From the NCBI GenBank assembly GCA_038496445.1, contig JALMLS010000208.1, positions 124,001 to 188,000 of the forward strand: a DNA stretch of 64,000 bases, read 5' to 3'. Positions 63,201 to 64,000 of this stretch are shown piece by piece; the stretch's first letter is position 1, and every line of letters begins with the position of its first letter. The translations under genes and the position numbers were made by a program. Origin of the DNA: Trichosphaerium sp. ATCC 40318 (taxonomy: Eukaryota > Protista > Tubulinea). The notes below the pieces were generated by a model. The model made no database searches. It was not told where the DNA came from and saw only the letters and a list, made by a program, of their open reading frames with translations.

Positions 63201-64000
63201 CTAAGGAAATGAGTTCTGTTAATGTACCAGATGGTGTTTCAAATGGATTTACACCAAGCCCAGTTGTACGTCTTACAAACAATAACCGGAAGCCTTTTCC
63301 ATCTATAAGCAAAAATGGAGCGTTCCTTTAAACTTCATACGAAGAATAACGAAAGACAAAACTCCGTGTGACTTTTCATTTTGTTTGCTTTGCCTTTTGA
63401 CGAGCTAGAAAAGTAGCCCTTTTAATTATTCTTTATTTTATAATTATCACCTTTACAAGGAAGCTTAATAGTACAACTAGAATCGTGGACAATCCACTTC
63501 ATTTGAACCAGGTAGATCAGAATATTGGCCTTTCGCTGCAATGAGAATTACTTGGGATGGAAAAGATGACTTGATTTATAACATTGGAGAATCTCTTTTA
63601 AGTATATCTGCATTTGATTTAGAATCACACGCTTGTCTTTCTACAGTATCAGTACAAGTACGCCATACATACATAGTCAAAAGAAGCAAAAGAAAAAAAA
63701 AACCCAGAAAATTTTGAGAATTTTTTACCAACACCAAAAAATTGTTTGACCATCAAGTATGGGCTACACACTTTCTGTAAGCTCGAACTGTTGATTCATC
63801 TATTAATTTTAACTACTAACTGTGAATTTATTTCTATCCGGCTCAAAAACGCTTACATTTTGGTGTTTGTAGATTTGTGTAAATTTCTTTCTCTAATTCT
63901 AATTATCTTCTAAAGGCAACTGTTAATGATGAAACTCCACCTAATATAATAGATCCATACGATAATGGAGGAAACTATAAACGTTCTATTGAGGCAGCAC
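57206..64000 (+). CDS. Large secreted G8-domain/beta-helix protein (CEMIP/TMEM2/fibrocystin-like) with a CHRD domain; 3' end beyond the window
   Basis: Signal MRVATLLIAVSCLLLFSTIQG-ACP, G8 (WIRVNDGGMLVMGSEDC, GGKLSIHG), AEVGLLTRHI, RYPIHFH, GHCFFLEDGAE, CHRD-like LNYQIHH..YLTVATAQYPTGAIRGQI. Many introns. Confidence 0.88.

Overview
AT-rich, intron-dense genomic DNA from a eukaryote, probably a free-living protist. The G8-domain and class C GPCR content is amoebozoan-like, but the taxon cannot be fixed from sequence alone. Introns are short (about 35-300 nt), donors are mostly GTACGT/GTATGT/GTAAG, at least six are GC-AG, and the standard code is used. Splicing by hand gives about 20 genes: an ABCG half-transporter, an atypical Ras, two arylsulfatases, a C2H2-zinc-finger/pseudo-cyclase protein, a surface protein, WD40, chromodomain and DUF4349 proteins, a MORN-SAM protein, mitochondrial GPD2, a mitoribosomal protein, and a large G8/CHRD protein that runs off the window. 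There is also a near-intronless F-box + LRR/MORN2 repeat family with relics, tRNA-Leu(UAG), a hAT MITE and a dispersed repeat. Two architectures stand out. (1) At 20581-25823 (-), one spliced gene encodes signal peptide - heme-peroxidase-like domain lacking the distal His - Met/His DOMON domain - class C (GABA-B-like) 7TM, a candidate heme/redox-sensing GPCR. (2) At 37919-41068 (+), a Reeler-domain protein carries a TM helix plus an internal signal peptide predicted to release a His-brace LPMO-like domain. All gene models are manual and all domain calls come from motif recognition, not database searches.
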